Below are positions 1-16,974 of a DNA stretch of 64,000 bases, piece by piece. The position numbers and the translations under genes are program-made. Numbering within the stretch: the stretch's first letter is position 1; every line of letters starts with the position of its first letter. The stretch comes from the human T2T-CHM13v2.0 reference genome, Homo sapiens: NCBI RefSeq assembly GCF_009914755.1, contig NC_060926.1; one strand, written 5' to 3'. The notes beneath the pieces are model-generated. The model searched no databases, was not told the DNA's origin, and saw nothing but the letters and a program-made list of their open reading frames with translations.

Positions 1-2635
<2,635 letters not shown>

Positions 2636-2674
2636 TGCAAGTAAGAGGTACCATTTGGGGAACCATCAGTTAAA

Positions 2675-2790
2675 ACAAGTGATTTAACTGTTTCCCATCT
2701 GTGAAAATAGGAATAATAATAGTGTCAGCTTCATATGGTTGTTGAGCAGATTAAATGAATTAACACACTTAAAAAATTAGTTAAAGTGTG
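2675..2790 (+). mobile_element. MIR fragment
   Basis: Core-like tttcccatctgtgaaaataggaataataatag...gattaaatga. Confidence 0.7.
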
Positions 2791-4186
2791 TACTTAAAGA
2801 TTTGCTTCTGTATAATGTGAAGTTTGTTTTGTCATGACAGTATGTGAAACCTCTCTTTTCAGTACCTGGTACATCTTAGGGCTCCATGAATGTCTTTTTT
2901 TCTTTTCCCAATTTCATAAAATTGAGTAAAAGTTTATGTTTTAAAAGAAAATTGAGTAACAGTAGTGTTTTAAGAGAAAATAATTCATAGTATTTTGTTT
3001 GGAGATGGAGTTAGGGAAGAAATATAATGTAACAGTCTGATAATCTTCATTTTAACCTCTTCAGCCATTTATTTAAGCTTCTTTTTAATAGATGGATATT
3101 AATCTCTTAAAACTAAATAATATATTGAATATTTAGTGGAGAAACTTTTATTATATAACAGTTGATGTCTTTTAAAATCTTGTTTTCCTAGCAGCAAAAT
3201 TAGAATAGATAGAGAATTTGTATTGCTGATATGCAAAACCTAACAAATTATATTTAACCTAATAGGCTTTCATATTTTGGATTACAACTTTCACACCATA
3301 CTTAAATACAAATATACAGACGTGGCTGACATATTCTACATAGCTGTGTGGCTTACTTGAAAAATAGAACAGTTGCTTAACTGGATGACTATCAAAATGG
3401 TCAACACAGATTGATGGGCTTGAGTGTAGCAGACAGCGGGTATGCAGATGGTGGTGTCTGTACCGTTTGAGAAGAGATGGCTGAGTCTTTAAAATGATTT
3501 CATTGGAATGGCTTTGGTGGTGTTGCAGTAAAGGGCATCTATTCAATCTCAGGTGCTGTGCAGATGGCAAAGCCAAGATAATATAGAAAAATGAGAAACA
3601 AGTGACTATTTAATGTACAGTAATGCATGATCTGCATCACAAATAAATGACGTTATTACATGCAGGAAACCTATCCAGATGCCTGTACATTAAAACACAT
3701 GACTCCTTGAGAGAATTAAGTACAGGCAATTTGCTCGGATTTTCTGCAGGCCTGCTGCATATTACATTAGGGTAGAGAGAACAAGAGATTAAGTGCTTTA
3801 TTTATTGAAAGTGTTTAGGTAAAGTTGGCTGTTATTTAAGCATAATCTGATCTCCATAAATATTTAAACTATCTCTTTGTAGAAAAAAAAAGTGGGGAAG
3901 GACAGCTGGCCTTAAAACAAAAGGATGTAAGGAGTATGATTATCTGGTCAACCTGTGAAAAATAGAACTTCTTTTGGCCTACATTTTTTAATCTTGTAAC
4001 ATTTTCCACTAGGCAAAAGCTTAAAAAAATTTTTAGGACTAGTGTGATAAAAGTATCTTTTTTTTTTTTTTTTGCTATGTAGGAATTAATAAATTCAAAT
4101 ATCAATGACATGGAAATTTTAAAGTGGGAGGAGTTAATGTGTTGAGTGCTGTACGTAATGGGACCATTTTCACTGTAAAATGTTAA

Positions 4187-4351
<165 letters not shown>

Positions 4352-4417
4352 TAATAATTGATTAGTATATAGATATTATTATAAAATGATTAGAAGCCTT
4401 TAAAAATTAAGAGTTGG

Positions 4418-4805
<388 letters not shown>

Positions 4806-4906
4806 TTAATCAAAACACAACTGTGGTCATTATTTAAGGATGCCCCTTTTCAGGTGACTACATTTTAAGCTTTGTAGATGTTTCACAGTATCCAGCTCAT
4901 AAAATA

Positions 4907-5214
4907 CGGTCAGCTCTCTATATCCACTGGTTTCGTATCCACAAATTCAACCAAATGCAGCTCAAAAATATTTGGAAAAAAAAATAACAATACCACAAGG
5001 AAAATAATACAAAAAATATAGTAGAACAACAATTTACATAGTATTTACATTGTATTATTCATAAATATTCTAAAATGATTTAAAGCATGTGAGAGGATGT
5101 GCATAGGTTTTATATAAATACTGTGCTGTTTTATGTAAGGGACTTGAGTACTATGGATTTTGGTATCCTCGAAGGTCCTAGAACCAGTTCTATGGGGATA
5201 CTGATGGATGTCTG
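4907..5214 (-). mobile_element. MER2-like Tigger-family MITE
   Basis: agggacttgag...ggattttggtatcc...gtcctagaacca...ggatactga; degenerate TIRs with TA on both sides. Confidence 0.8.
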
Positions 5215-5539
5215 TATACAAATATTATTTTACAAGCCTCGTGGAAATGAAGTCTTCAACTCTACCGTGATTTTAGTCCATTTACTTAGATGATTTCGTT
5301 TTTGCTACTCTGTTTCCTTAGGAGATTTTGCATTTTTCTGAAAATAATTTTTCCTGTATAGAATTAAATAGGCTGATTGAAATTGTTCTACCAAGTAGTG
5401 GTAAGACCTGTCATGTTTTATGTGCACACTGCTTTTTGTAGCTGATATGGTGCCACTTTGCTGGGAGTTAGTATAATAATAGTATATAACTCTGGGCACC
5501 CTAGTTAGGGATTAGGTATCATTTGTTGCTTTTTCAATG

Positions 5540-5712
5540 ATTAGTTGTGTGAATTTGTACAAATTGGTTTACGTTTCTAAACTTCAGTTTCCTCTTCTGT
5601 AAAATAGAATAATGATATTTGCTGCATAGAATTATTGTGAGGAGTAAAGGACATAAAATGAAAACTCAAAATCTCTGGTGTGTAGTAGGTGCTTCATAAA
5701 TGTTGTTTCCTT
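5540..5712 (+). mobile_element. MIR fragment
   Basis: cttcagtttcctcttctgtaaaatagaataat...ttattgtgagg...tagtaggtgcttcataaatgtt. Confidence 0.7.
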
Positions 5713-6171
5713 ATCGTCAATATTTTCATAGTAGTTTAAAAGAACTTTAATTTGAGACTATTAAAGTGATGTTCCCAACATTATTCCTGGAGCTATTTAG
5801 CTTTGCTTTTGAAATCTAAAGTTTCCACATTTTCATCAATATCTTTGTTATTAGGAATATTAAATCTTTAATAAAATATATTGGTTCTTTATAGTTAACA
5901 CTGAGGAATTAAAAACTTTTGTCTATATTGTGAATACTTTTTAAATATTTTCATTATCCTATTTATTTTTCTTTATTCAAGGCATTTAGAAAAGCACATT
6001 TTTCTTTTTGCAATTAAAATAACCTAAATTCAGTTTTGGGGAGAAAATTTGATCCTTTTGCTATTGGATTATTAAGGACTTTATCAGAGTTAAGCAAATA
6101 TTTGGTAAACAGCTACATTTAGCACTGTGAAATCATGTAGTTTATTTTAATCATTTTTTGGAGATATTTAA

Positions 6172-6549
<378 letters not shown>

Positions 6550-7331
6550 AGCACGTTTTATTTTTAACTTAAATTTTTAACTCTGCAATATATAGTATCC
6601 TCTGAAGCTGTCTTAATTTATATTGTTTGCTTTTATGACAATTTTTCTAAAGTTGATATTCTTTTAATACATGTGGCTACAATGGAACCTGTGAAAAAAT
6701 TAAAGAACGTGTTAATATATTTCGTAACATTAGTGCATATTTAATTAAAGCACAGTAACGATGCTCATAGCTTATTTAACTGTTTGAAAAAAGTTGAAGA
6801 TAGTTGTTTAGTCCAAATTTTTTAAAAATTTAAAAGTTTTAACATCTGAAGAGTCAGAAGTCTGTGTACAATGGGATATACTTTTCATCTTAAATTCTGG
6901 TTCCCACTTGTTTTCAAGATCATTTTAAGGAATTCCAACTATAGTCCATCTCAAATACTTCTCAATTTAGTGAATGTCTCTTCACTAACGGATTTCCTGA
7001 GCATATCTGATTACACTTTCTTGTGCTAGTGTTACAGAGCTGAAGCTCATCGCTATTAGCGGTAATCCACTGCTTCTATGAAAGGAGCCTTGCTACATTC
7101 TTCAGTTATGAAGCACTGTTAGAAGGAAAAACATTGAACTCTGTAGTGACAAAACCAAACTAAAAATTCTGGATCTTCACAAAAGAAAGTAAAGTATGAT
7201 GCAGTGAGCATTTCATTTTCTGAAGAAAATGCTTCTTTTAAAATTATAATTGGAATAGACAATTCAAGCAATTAGAAACTTATTTTTTATTTAAAAATAT
7301 TCATTACAGAAGTATAAAAAATGTATGCTAT

Positions 7332-7598
7332 AGCTGGGCATGGTAGTTCACACCTGTAATCCCAGCACTTTGAGAGGACAAGGCTTGAGGCCAGGAGTTG
7401 GAGACCAGCCTGGGCAACAGAGCAAGATGTCATCTCTACAAAAAATTAAAAAATTAGCTGAGCATGGTAGCACATACTTGTAGTTCTAGCTACTCAGGAG
7501 GCTGGAGTGGGATAATTGCTTGAGCCCAGGAGTTTGAAGTTACAGTGAGCTATCATCCCACCACTGCACTCCAGCCTGGGTGACAAAGCAAGATCCTA
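7332..7598 (+). mobile_element. AluJ with small left-arm deletion
   Basis: gcttgagcccaggagtttgaagttacagtgagctatc (J-type); no A-tail. Confidence 0.88.
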
Positions 7599-7675
7599 TT
7601 TTTTTTTTTAAGTGTCCTGTGTATATTAAATACATATCATTTTGAACACTTTTAACATCTTCGTATTCATCCTTC

Positions 7676-9445
7676 TGTCATGGGATTCTTGGGGTGTCAC
7701 TTTTTTAGCCAGAAACTTCTGTCTGGCGGCACCTTTGCCCAAGTTTTGCTTGGGCCCACTGGGCTTGTTCAGCCCACTCGGCCTGGCAGGCTGTGCTTGG
7801 CTCACGCTGCTGGTCTGGATCCCATGCTTGCCAACGGCGAGCCAGGCACAGAGTAGTGAGGGGTGTGTGAATGAGTGAGTGTGGAGTCTGGCCACAGCGC
7901 ACAGTCAGGCACGCCAGCTGTGGCAGGACGGGCAGCTCCAGGCATCAGCTCCCTACAAGGCTGCTGCTGGACCAGGCATACTGCAAGCAGCTTCCATTGG
8001 TGGCACCAGGGAATGTGGTGGTGCCTGGAAGCTTGGAGACGCCAGGGACTGCAGAGCCCCAAAGAGTGAGCCATAGCCCTGGCTCAGGGAGCTCCTAGGT
8101 CTGGGCTCCTTGAAGGGCCACAGCTCTTCTCTCCTTCTCTTTCCTCTCTTTCCCTCTCGTTGCCCTCCATGGGGCAAACAAGGGGCGTGTTTCAGCCCTG
8201 TTTGTGTTACAGCCCTTTCAGCTCCGCCATTTAGCGGGTCCTGAGTTTTTGTCCCACATCCAGGAAGAATGAGGTATGCGGACAAGTGGAGGGTGAGCAA
8301 GGTGAAGGAGTGCTTTATTGAGTGACAAAACAGCTCAGAGGAGACTCATATTGGGTAGCTCCTTTCCGCAGGTAGGCCATCCTGATGAGCATCCAGCTCT
8401 CAGCAGAGAGCCCACAGAGGGTAGTTCCTCTCCACAGGCAGGGCATCCTGATGAGTGTTTAGCCCTCAGGAGAGAGGAGACACACAGTGGGTAGCTCCTC
8501 TCCATAAGCAGGGCATCCTGATGAGTGTCAGCTCTCAGCAGAAAGGAGATCCACAGTGGGTAGCTCCATTCTGCAGACAGGTAATCCTGGCATCTGCCTA
8601 ATTCTGGCTGAGTCCTGGGTTTTTATGGGGTTCAGAGGGGAGGAAGTTTGTGCTGATTGGTCCATGGGTGGTTATGGGCAATCCCGGAAAAAGCATCATA
8701 AGTTCCCACTCCAGTCCGTGGAACTGGCAGCCCAGCCCCCAGGCGTCAGGCCCTCCCTGGCTTGAAGGTGGGGTTTCACCGGGGACCGCCCATTTCCGCC
8801 CAGGAGCCTGTCTGCCTCCTGCCACTGTTTATGGTGCCCAGATGCCCAGGCTGTTCGTGCTAAGGGCCTCCTGCAGGCCAGTGCCAAGCTGCCCTCAGCC
8901 AGCACTTATCCTCCCTTCTGTGCTCATTGGTGCCCAAAGTCTGGAGGGGGCTGAGGCAGCAGGGTGCTGGCATGTCAGCACTGCCCTGAGCATGCGCACA
9001 CCCGGCTGGGTTGCAACAGCACGCAGGCTCGGCCTCAACTTTTCTCCAAGATTGGAGCAGGCACTGGAATGGGGAGAAGCCAGGCGGTGGAAGCAGACAC
9101 TTCCGAGCCTGCAGGGGCTGGGGGCTTCCCAGGCCCCCAAGAGTGTAGAGATGCCTGGGTCTGCAGCCACAGCTGGGTGGCTGCAGCTGTGTCCAGGAGG
9201 GTAGGATTCCTGCGTGCTTCCGGCCCCCAAGAGCACAGGGATGCCTGGGTCCAGAGCCACAGCTGGGCTGCCACAGCTGCACTCAGGAATGCGTGGCTTT
9301 TGCTCTGCCAACTAGGAAGGGGGTGGGGCTTCCACCTGTTTCCAGCTCCCGTTGGCTCCATGCAGTGCACAGCCCTGGTCATGCCACCCCCACTGCAGCC
9401 AATGTCTTTGCAGCAGCCACTCCAGATGGGCTGCTGGTGCCATCA
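7676..9445 (-). mobile_element. MER52A-like ERV1 solo LTR (~1.77 kb)
   Basis: Minus strand starts TGATGGCACCAGCAGCCCATCTGGAG and ends TGACA; 4-bp TSD cttc at 7672-7675 and 9446-9449; GC-rich; explains the ORF cluster at 7.6-9.5 kb. Confidence 0.88.
8330..8590. repeat. ~60-bp tandem repeat, ~4 copies, inside the MER52 LTR
   Basis: Recurring gggtagctcctctcc..caggcagggcatcctgatgagtgt.cagctctcagcaga. Confidence 0.85.
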
Positions 9446-9449
9446 CTTC

Positions 9450-10030
9450 TAGAACTGTTTCTAGGCATGCAATAAGCACATGAATGTATCTAGTTTTTAA
9501 TATAAAAAAGAGGACCATATGTGTTTCATCTGCTCTTTAAATTATGTCATCAATATATTAACATGTAAATGAACAGGTTTGCACCATTGTTTTTAAAGAG
9601 TTATATAATTCTTTTATTGAGAATGCATGGTTTATTTAACTCCCTCTTAATGAACATTTAAATTATTCTTGATTTCAGAATTACAGAAAATAAAGGAAAA
9701 ATATTCTTTTTAAAATTTCTTTGGTATATACATCTTTAATCATTTTCTTTGGGTAAGCTCCTTTAGTTGATTTGTTGGATCAAGAAGTTTATACATTTTA
9801 GACTTTGGATCCTTACAGCCAAATTGCCCTATAAAAATTTTGTACCAATTGACATTCTCACTAACACCATGAGAATCTTTGTATTTTACTGGACGTCTTA
9901 TTTATGTTTTTGTATTTTGTTAATTGCTAGTGAATGTAAACTTTTAAGGGGTCCTCATTGGCAATTTTTATTTTGTATTTTGTGTATTGCTTATTGATGT
10001 TCTCTGCTCATTTCCTTCAATAATAAATAG
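9450..10030 (-). mobile_element. Ancient L1M(E) fragment interrupted by the LTR
   Basis: Degenerate L1 3' motifs, e.g. gccaaattgccctataaaaattttgtaccaattgacattctcactaacaccatgaga. Confidence 0.55.
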
Positions 10031-10686
10031 ACTGTTGTTATTTATCGGTCCAAAATTCATTCTAAAAATATTTTGGATTTTTACCTAACCACTTCTGATT
10101 CAGATCTCAGGAACTATTTTTAGAGTGATCCTACTTCCCCAGTATACTTACTTTCTCATTTGTATGATGAGTCACACATCTCTTTCCTTCTCTTAAGTTC
10201 AGTCATTGTTTCTACTGCTTCATCCCAATTTGACCTGATCATAATTAATATTTAATTCTTTTCACTGTTTTCTACTAAGTGGGATTGAAGGTGGGGATAA
10301 AGGGAGAATAATTTTTTTCTTAGAATTCTAAGTGTCTAGAGCAGTGCCTGACATGAATAATATGCTTCATAAAGGTTATGATTATTGCTTAGTTTTTGAG
10401 TCCGTTAGTTCTGTGCCATATGGATAACCCTAAATTTGGTTTAAATAAATGTGTTATTCTGTTGTTCTTAAGATAATAAATAAACCACTTTAAATCAAGA
10501 GATGTACAATCTTAGAATGGTTTTTCCCTCTTTTAAGGTTATATACAAATTTAACTTTAGTCTAAAAATTACTAAAAGATACTAGAATTCTTAAAAGCAT
10601 CACAATTTATTACTTAACCCAATACTTTAAAAGTAGGTTTTACATAAATATATATAAATGTCTGTACATAGACACACATTCACTAA

Positions 10687-10920
<234 letters not shown>

Positions 10921-12189
10921 TGAAAGACATGTTTTATATGTTTAAGGAATTTTTTAAATTTTTATCATTTTAAGACTATAAAGTTTTATTATGAGAACAT
11001 CTGATTAAACTTCCTCTTACATTTTGCTTTTTTATGTTTCTAGAGACAGCTTGATCTTTTAATTTTTATTTTAGAATTTTTAATGAATTTCAGGAAAAGT
11101 GGTCATTAGGATTTAAAATGGTTTATTTTGACATTTTGTATTATAGTATTCTTAAATCTTGTCAGAATTATCGGAGGAAAGGATTGATAAAGCATTATCT
11201 TATTGTCTTGTCTTTCTGTAATTATGTATTTTATAAAATTAATTACTATTAGAAGTGGAATTTAAAATTCTGGTTCACATATATTTTAAACTTTTGTTGG
11301 TCTTTTAATTTTTCACTACACAAATAGTATCATTTTCTTGGTTACTTAATGCTGGGTGGATTTGAATGTAGTTCATCTCGTCTAAAACATTTAAGTCCTG
11401 TGCAGATCTGGAAAGAAGTAACCTTAAAATAATTATTATGTAGGCATGGTGAATTGTATGGATAAAGTAAACATGGGCTTATTTTTCAATTTTTAGGATG
11501 GGAGAGGGACATTCCTTAAATTCAGAGAAATAAATTGAAATAAACAAGTGTTTCTACATTAACAGAGGAGCTCATTATTCACTTCAGAAGGTGGTCCAAG
11601 CTGCAGAAGATATATTTTGGTAACATTTAGCTATATTCATGAATAAAAGAGCAGGTACAATAAACTAAGATGTTAGGCATAAATTCTATTCTTTGACAGT
11701 AACATCAAAGAGGGAAAGTATAATAAACTATGTTTCTTAGTGATGTGGTAGAGATCAGTTGTTTGGCTGATGACCAGTAGTATTGCTTAGATGTTTTTCA
11801 TGGTAACCAATGACAGACCTTTGTCAAGATATCTCACCAGTTTACTCAGTTTATTCCTTTTCTGATCAGCATACTCTTCTATGAAAAAACAAAACTATAT
11901 TTGTAATAAGAAAAATAATCTTAAATTCATTTAAAATAATATGGTTACTTAATATTATTCTGGGACTTCTTATACTAATGCATCATCTACAAATTAGAGG
12001 AATGTAACTTTTTGCCATCAGAAGTCAAGTTGAATAACGAAAATAGCTATTAAAACTCATAATTTTTCATTACATTATTGATATTTACATAATTGGAGTC
12101 AACTCTATAAATATAAATAATTTTTTTTTCAAATAGCCACATTATACTTTTTTTTCTCCCATCAGTTAGCCTTTTAAAAATTCTAGTTG

Positions 12190-12690
12190 CTAGATATTAT
12201 GCTGGGACATTTGAGACAGATAATAACAGACAATTATACAACAGCGTGACAAATTACATGATCAAGTAAAATGCAGAAGAAATATGAACAAGATGAAGTT
12301 GATAGGTGCTTACAAAGGCTTCCCCAGGGAGGCCATACCTAAAGTGGTCTTTGAGGTTGATAAGAAGAAAATAATTCCAGGTCAAGTTGAGGGAAGACAG
12401 AAGAGGGGAGTTGCCCTGCAGAGTGACCATCATGTTGGTGGGCTTAGAAATGAGAAAGGGCCATGTCTGCCTCATTATGAGGCTGCTGGTTTTTCAGTAT
12501 GACTGGAATGTAAGGTTTAATTGTGGAGTAGAACAGGCAGCAGGTCTAGGAGCAGAATGGTAAGGGCTACAGGGTAGTTCGAGAGATAATTTGGTCTTTT
12601 CATGCCTTTTAAAATGATTTGAACTTTTATCTAAAAGACTGGGCTACCTCCGTAGGTAGTCACTAACTGTATGAATTTAAGGAAGGGACA
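12190..12690 (-). mobile_element. L2 fragment
   Basis: Purine-rich L2-like motifs aaaggcttccccagggagg...tttgaggttga...atttgaacttttatct. Confidence 0.55.
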
Positions 12691-12731
12691 AAGTTATTAT
12701 AGTAAAGTAAGCAAAGAACTATAAGAGATTG

Positions 12732-13050
12732 GGCTGGGCGTGGTGGCTCACACCTGTAATCCCAGCACTTTGCAAGGCTGAGGCGGGTGGATCACTTGAG
12801 GTCAGGCATTCAAGACCAGCCTGACCAACATGTTGAAACCCCATCTCTACTAAAAATACAAAAATTAGTCGGGTGTGGTGGTGCATGCCTGTAATCCCAG
12901 CTACTTGAGAGGCTGAAGCACAAGAATCGCTTGAACCCGGGAGGCAGAGATTACAGACTGCAGTGAGCCTAGATTATGCCACTACACTCCAGCCTGGGTG
13001 ATGGAGTGAGACTTTGTCTCAAAAAAAAAAAAAAAGAAAAAAAAAAGAAA
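12732..13050 (+). mobile_element. AluS (Sx/Sz-like)
   Basis: Full Alu dimer with long A-tail. Confidence 0.92.
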
Positions 13051-13109
13051 TATTTAAAATTTATGAGACTAAATTACCATAGTTAAATGAGATTTTATTA
13101 CAAAGTACA

Positions 13110-13340
13110 TGCAACATAGCATACTGATAAAAGAGCATGAACCATGAAGTCTTTATCAGATCTGGATTTCCATCCTGATTCTACTACTTATATTTCCATG
13201 ACTTTGTATAAGTTAGATAATTTTCAGTGCCCGGTGTCCTCAGCCATAAAATGGGAATAATAAAATTATTCATCTTCATAAGTGTGTTATAAGGATTAAG
13301 TGAGATTATGCTGAACAATTTAGTGTAGTAAATACTGTTG
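13110..13340 (+). mobile_element. MIR (near full length)
   Basis: agatctggatttccatcctgattctactactta...ataaaatgggaataataa...ataaggattaagtgagat. Confidence 0.75.
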
Positions 13341-13959
13341 TAGCTGCTTATTATTTTGATATCAGTGATCTTTACAATTTATGGTCCCTAATCCCCATTT
13401 CAGTTTGTGAATATAGAGTTATTTTAATATAGGCCAGGAGACAGCATGATTGAAATAGTAAATTTATATGAAATCATATTCTTACGTAAAATGTATTTTA
13501 TCTGCTACTTTGACCTACCTGTGTAATAACTTCCTGCCTTAAATGTGAATCATAAACTTTTCTTGAGCTTTAAAAAAATTTCTTTCAGTTAAATCATTTG
13601 ATGACAACCTTGAAAGTATTACTATCCAAAAACCTATTTTCTCCATCCGACTAAGCTCTATACGTGATTAACCATATTAAGTTTAATGTGTTTGTCTTGT
13701 TTTGTGTTATGAATTTTTCATGATTTTTTTCAACAAGTAGCTTTCTCCTATTTTAGATGCTATAACATGATCAGTATAATGAAAAATGTAATAAATATTC
13801 AAGCATTTGAAATGCTTTCCATTCTGTTTCTATATATGGTATTTACTATATATGGATTTGCTCTTTTATTTGAAAAACAAAGTACATTTTTGTTTTTTAA
13901 CCCATGACTCACCCTTCTTTTAGTCTTTGTCTACAATTAAAGAGATGGAATACTCAATG

Positions 13960-15600
13960 TCAGTTCTTTTGTAAAGTTTCACTAGTTATTCTTTGCTTAA
14001 ATGAAGATCATCCTTTGGTAGTTTCCTCAGGAAAGGCACATTTATATATCCCCAGAGTTCTGGAATGTTCCAAACTGGTTTTCTGTGGCTGTGATACTTG
14101 AAGGACAGCTTGAGTGAATATACCTTTTGGTCATTAATTTCTTTAAGTTTCTTTAAAATGCTATTTCCACTGTTACTTTGTTTTATATATTATTTTAAAG
14201 AAATATGATACCTGTTTAATTTTCTTAGTAGGCTAATTTTCTCTTTTTGCCTGGAGGCCTTGAGGATTTTTTTTCTTTATTGCTAAAGTCTAATACTTTT
14301 GCAACTTAGAGTTGATAGTCCTGGGTTATTTTGCTTCAGCACCCAGTGGACCCTTTCTATTTGTAGATTCAGGTCTCCTTTTATTTCTGTAAAGTTTTTT
14401 TTTGGATAGTAGTGTTAAATATTAGGGTTTTTTTTTTCATTGTTTCAGTTTTCATCCTCAGGGACATTGATTATACGTATGTTTGACTTTCTTTGCTAGT
14501 TTTCCATTTCAGTCACTTTTTCTCTGACCCTTTTTCTCTGACTTCTTAATTTTCATTCTCTTGATTATTTTTCTGGTTTTTTTTTTCAATGCCCTGTATT
14601 AAGTTTTAATTTGAATCTATTTTGTATTCTCCTTTGGGTAGTTTATAACATAGCCTTTACTTTTTACGTGCCTTTTTTTGGTTCTGTTTCTTTCCTCAGG
14701 TTAGTCAGCTCTTGTTTCATTTCTTGTTGTTGGTTTTTGTTTGTTTGTATTTCTGATTCAAGGTATTTTTTCATATCCCTGTTGCTTGATTGATGATATT
14801 TAATTCATGTTGTGTTACAGCTTTCTTCAGGATCGTGGCTGGTTTTAGGGTGGAGACTTTTCACCAATAGTAATGTTTTTATTGGCGTTTTCTGACTTTT
14901 GTAGTTGTTTTGTTTACAGATCTGATATGCCTTTTTCTAGTCCTATTTGTTACTTGGAAAGGGCTCCTATTTTGAGAGTGTTCTTTCCTGACACTTCTAC
15001 CCTCTGCTATGCTATTTGTTTATAAATGGTGGTGTTTTTAGTGAAGGAAGAATTGGCATGTCTTGTTTCTCTTTCATTTCTATAGGGTCTTTAATTTCTC
15101 TTTATTATTTTATTCTTTCTCTTTACTGGCTTGTCTGCAAGGAGTCCACATACTTTTACGTGTGTACACGTGTACACATCTTGCTTCTCCAAGGCAGCCA
15201 TTTCTGGTTCCTTCCATTTTCAAACTTCTTCCCATAGCCAGGGCTATGGACTACCAAGTCCTGTATAATATTTTGGCATTATTATTGCACTTTTGTTTTC
15301 TGGGAGTAATTTTGGCTGTACTTCCTCTAGTTCCTCTGTTACTCTCTACTTTTTGTGTGTAGTCTTTTAATAAGACTCCTTTTATTTACTTTTCATACTT
15401 ATAAGCTTATAGCAGCTGGAAGGCTACAGGAAATCTGTTGGAATTTTTTCTTTTTATCTCTACTTAGAGGTAATTTGAAAGTTGCAGTGTTTTTTGTTTC
15501 CTTGTATGCTGAAGATCTAGGTCCTGTGTGGCTTTGTTTTCCTTGTTGATTATATTTTGGGGAGTTGAAGAAAATAGAGGGAGAGAAAAGATTCATAATC
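13960..15600 (-). mobile_element. Ancient HAL1/L1M ORF1-like fragment
   Basis: T-rich strand with tttttgcctggaggccttgaggattttt and gcacccagtggaccctttctatttgtagattcaggtc; boundaries approximate. Confidence 0.55.
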
Positions 15601-16566
15601 AAATGCCTGCTGTGCTTAATCCTTAAGTCCTGAGAATATATTTTCAAATTATGAGAGTCACTTCAAGCAAATACTTGCATTTTATATCAAACAGCATTTG
15701 AAGCCTTCAGTTTTCTTTGAGAACAAACATATTTGAAAATTATAAAACAGAAAATTCTGAAGTTTATTGACACTATTTTTTTTTAAGCAGAATGGAAAGT
15801 GAATGACATACAAGCCTCTCTGATGTCACATTGCCATGGAGTTATTTGGAAACAATTATACAAAGTGAATATAAAGTACTGGCATAACATACATATAATT
15901 AAGTAATAAATAATTTAAGTAGTTTTATATCACTCTGTTGACATAATATTCCCAGAAAAAAAGAATCAATAAATACATTAAAACTCTACATAAATGGGCC
16001 TTTTGATGCAGTGAATTTGGAATATCCATTTGTGATTAGCTGAGTTTGAACTTAAGTCAGAATGGAAGCTGCCCCTGTCAAACTGCATTTGGGACCTGGA
16101 TGGATTTTTATCTTACACTGGGACCATGCAGAATTCCTAGCTGGCTTGTTGCACAGACTCACCTTGGTCATTTCATTAACCTTGCAGTAATGCAATGCCT
16201 CGTTTTATACTACTAATTTTTAAAAGTCTCATTTATAAATTTATGGTGAGTTTCACTACTTTAGATTGCCTGCAGTATATATATGAAGCAATATACAGAA
16301 ATTTAAGTCATGATGCCTTCTTACTAGTACCTTAGAATTTTGATGTAGAATGAGAATTTTAAAGAAAGTTTGTTAATGTAACAGTATATACATTTAAGAA
16401 TAAACTTTTTGAATAAGTAATAACTTGTACATTTATAAAATTTGGATATGTAGAAACATGGGAAATTCAAAAGTTACTCAAGAATGTTATAGGGAAAAAT
16501 TTGCCTCCTATCCCTGTCTTACAGGCATCTTCCCTGTCCAAAGGCAACACTATTGCTACATATAAC

Positions 16567-16974
16567 TGATGCAGGATTTTTGTTCCTTAGCTCAGCTAAA
16601 ATCTTGTTGTATGACTAGGAAAAAATTAGCCATGCAGACACGTTGAAAGGTGAGGAGGGCGGAAGTTATTAAAAGAAAGCTCTCAGCAAAAAAAGGGGTT
16701 CTGCCAACAGGCTCCCACCTCACAGATTGAATACCAGGCCACCACATGCACAAGCTGAAGAGCCCAGGCTTCTTCCCCCTGCACAAGACACACATTCCTG
16801 GTGACTGTACCCCACTCTTCCAGTGCACAGGCGGGCCCCCAGTCTGCTGTGGGCATGCCCAGACAAGGCCTTGGTTAGGTTCCCTCATCTGCACAAAAGC
16901 ATCTGATGTAAACACTTGTGGAGCGGGTTAGAGATTCTCTGGGACCCTCCCTTATCTGCCTCCTGTATCTACCA
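16567..16974 (-). mobile_element. MER83-like ERV1 solo LTR
   Basis: TG...CA ends (tgatgcaggatttttg ... ctgtatctacca); 4-bp TSD taac at 16563-16566 and 16975-16978; 408 bp. Confidence 0.85.

Noticed and set aside
3425-3475. Hairpin ggtatgcagat...gtctgtacc as a miRNA or snoRNA
   Set aside because: Stem is short and bulged; no clear C/D or H/ACA layout.
8330-8590. CRISPR-like periodic repeats
   Set aside because: Whole-unit tandem repeats with no unique spacers, inside a mammalian LTR; no cas genes.
7626-9518. Dense cluster of overlapping ORFs on both strands
   Set aside because: Artefact of the GC-rich MER52 LTR; no recognisable protein motif.
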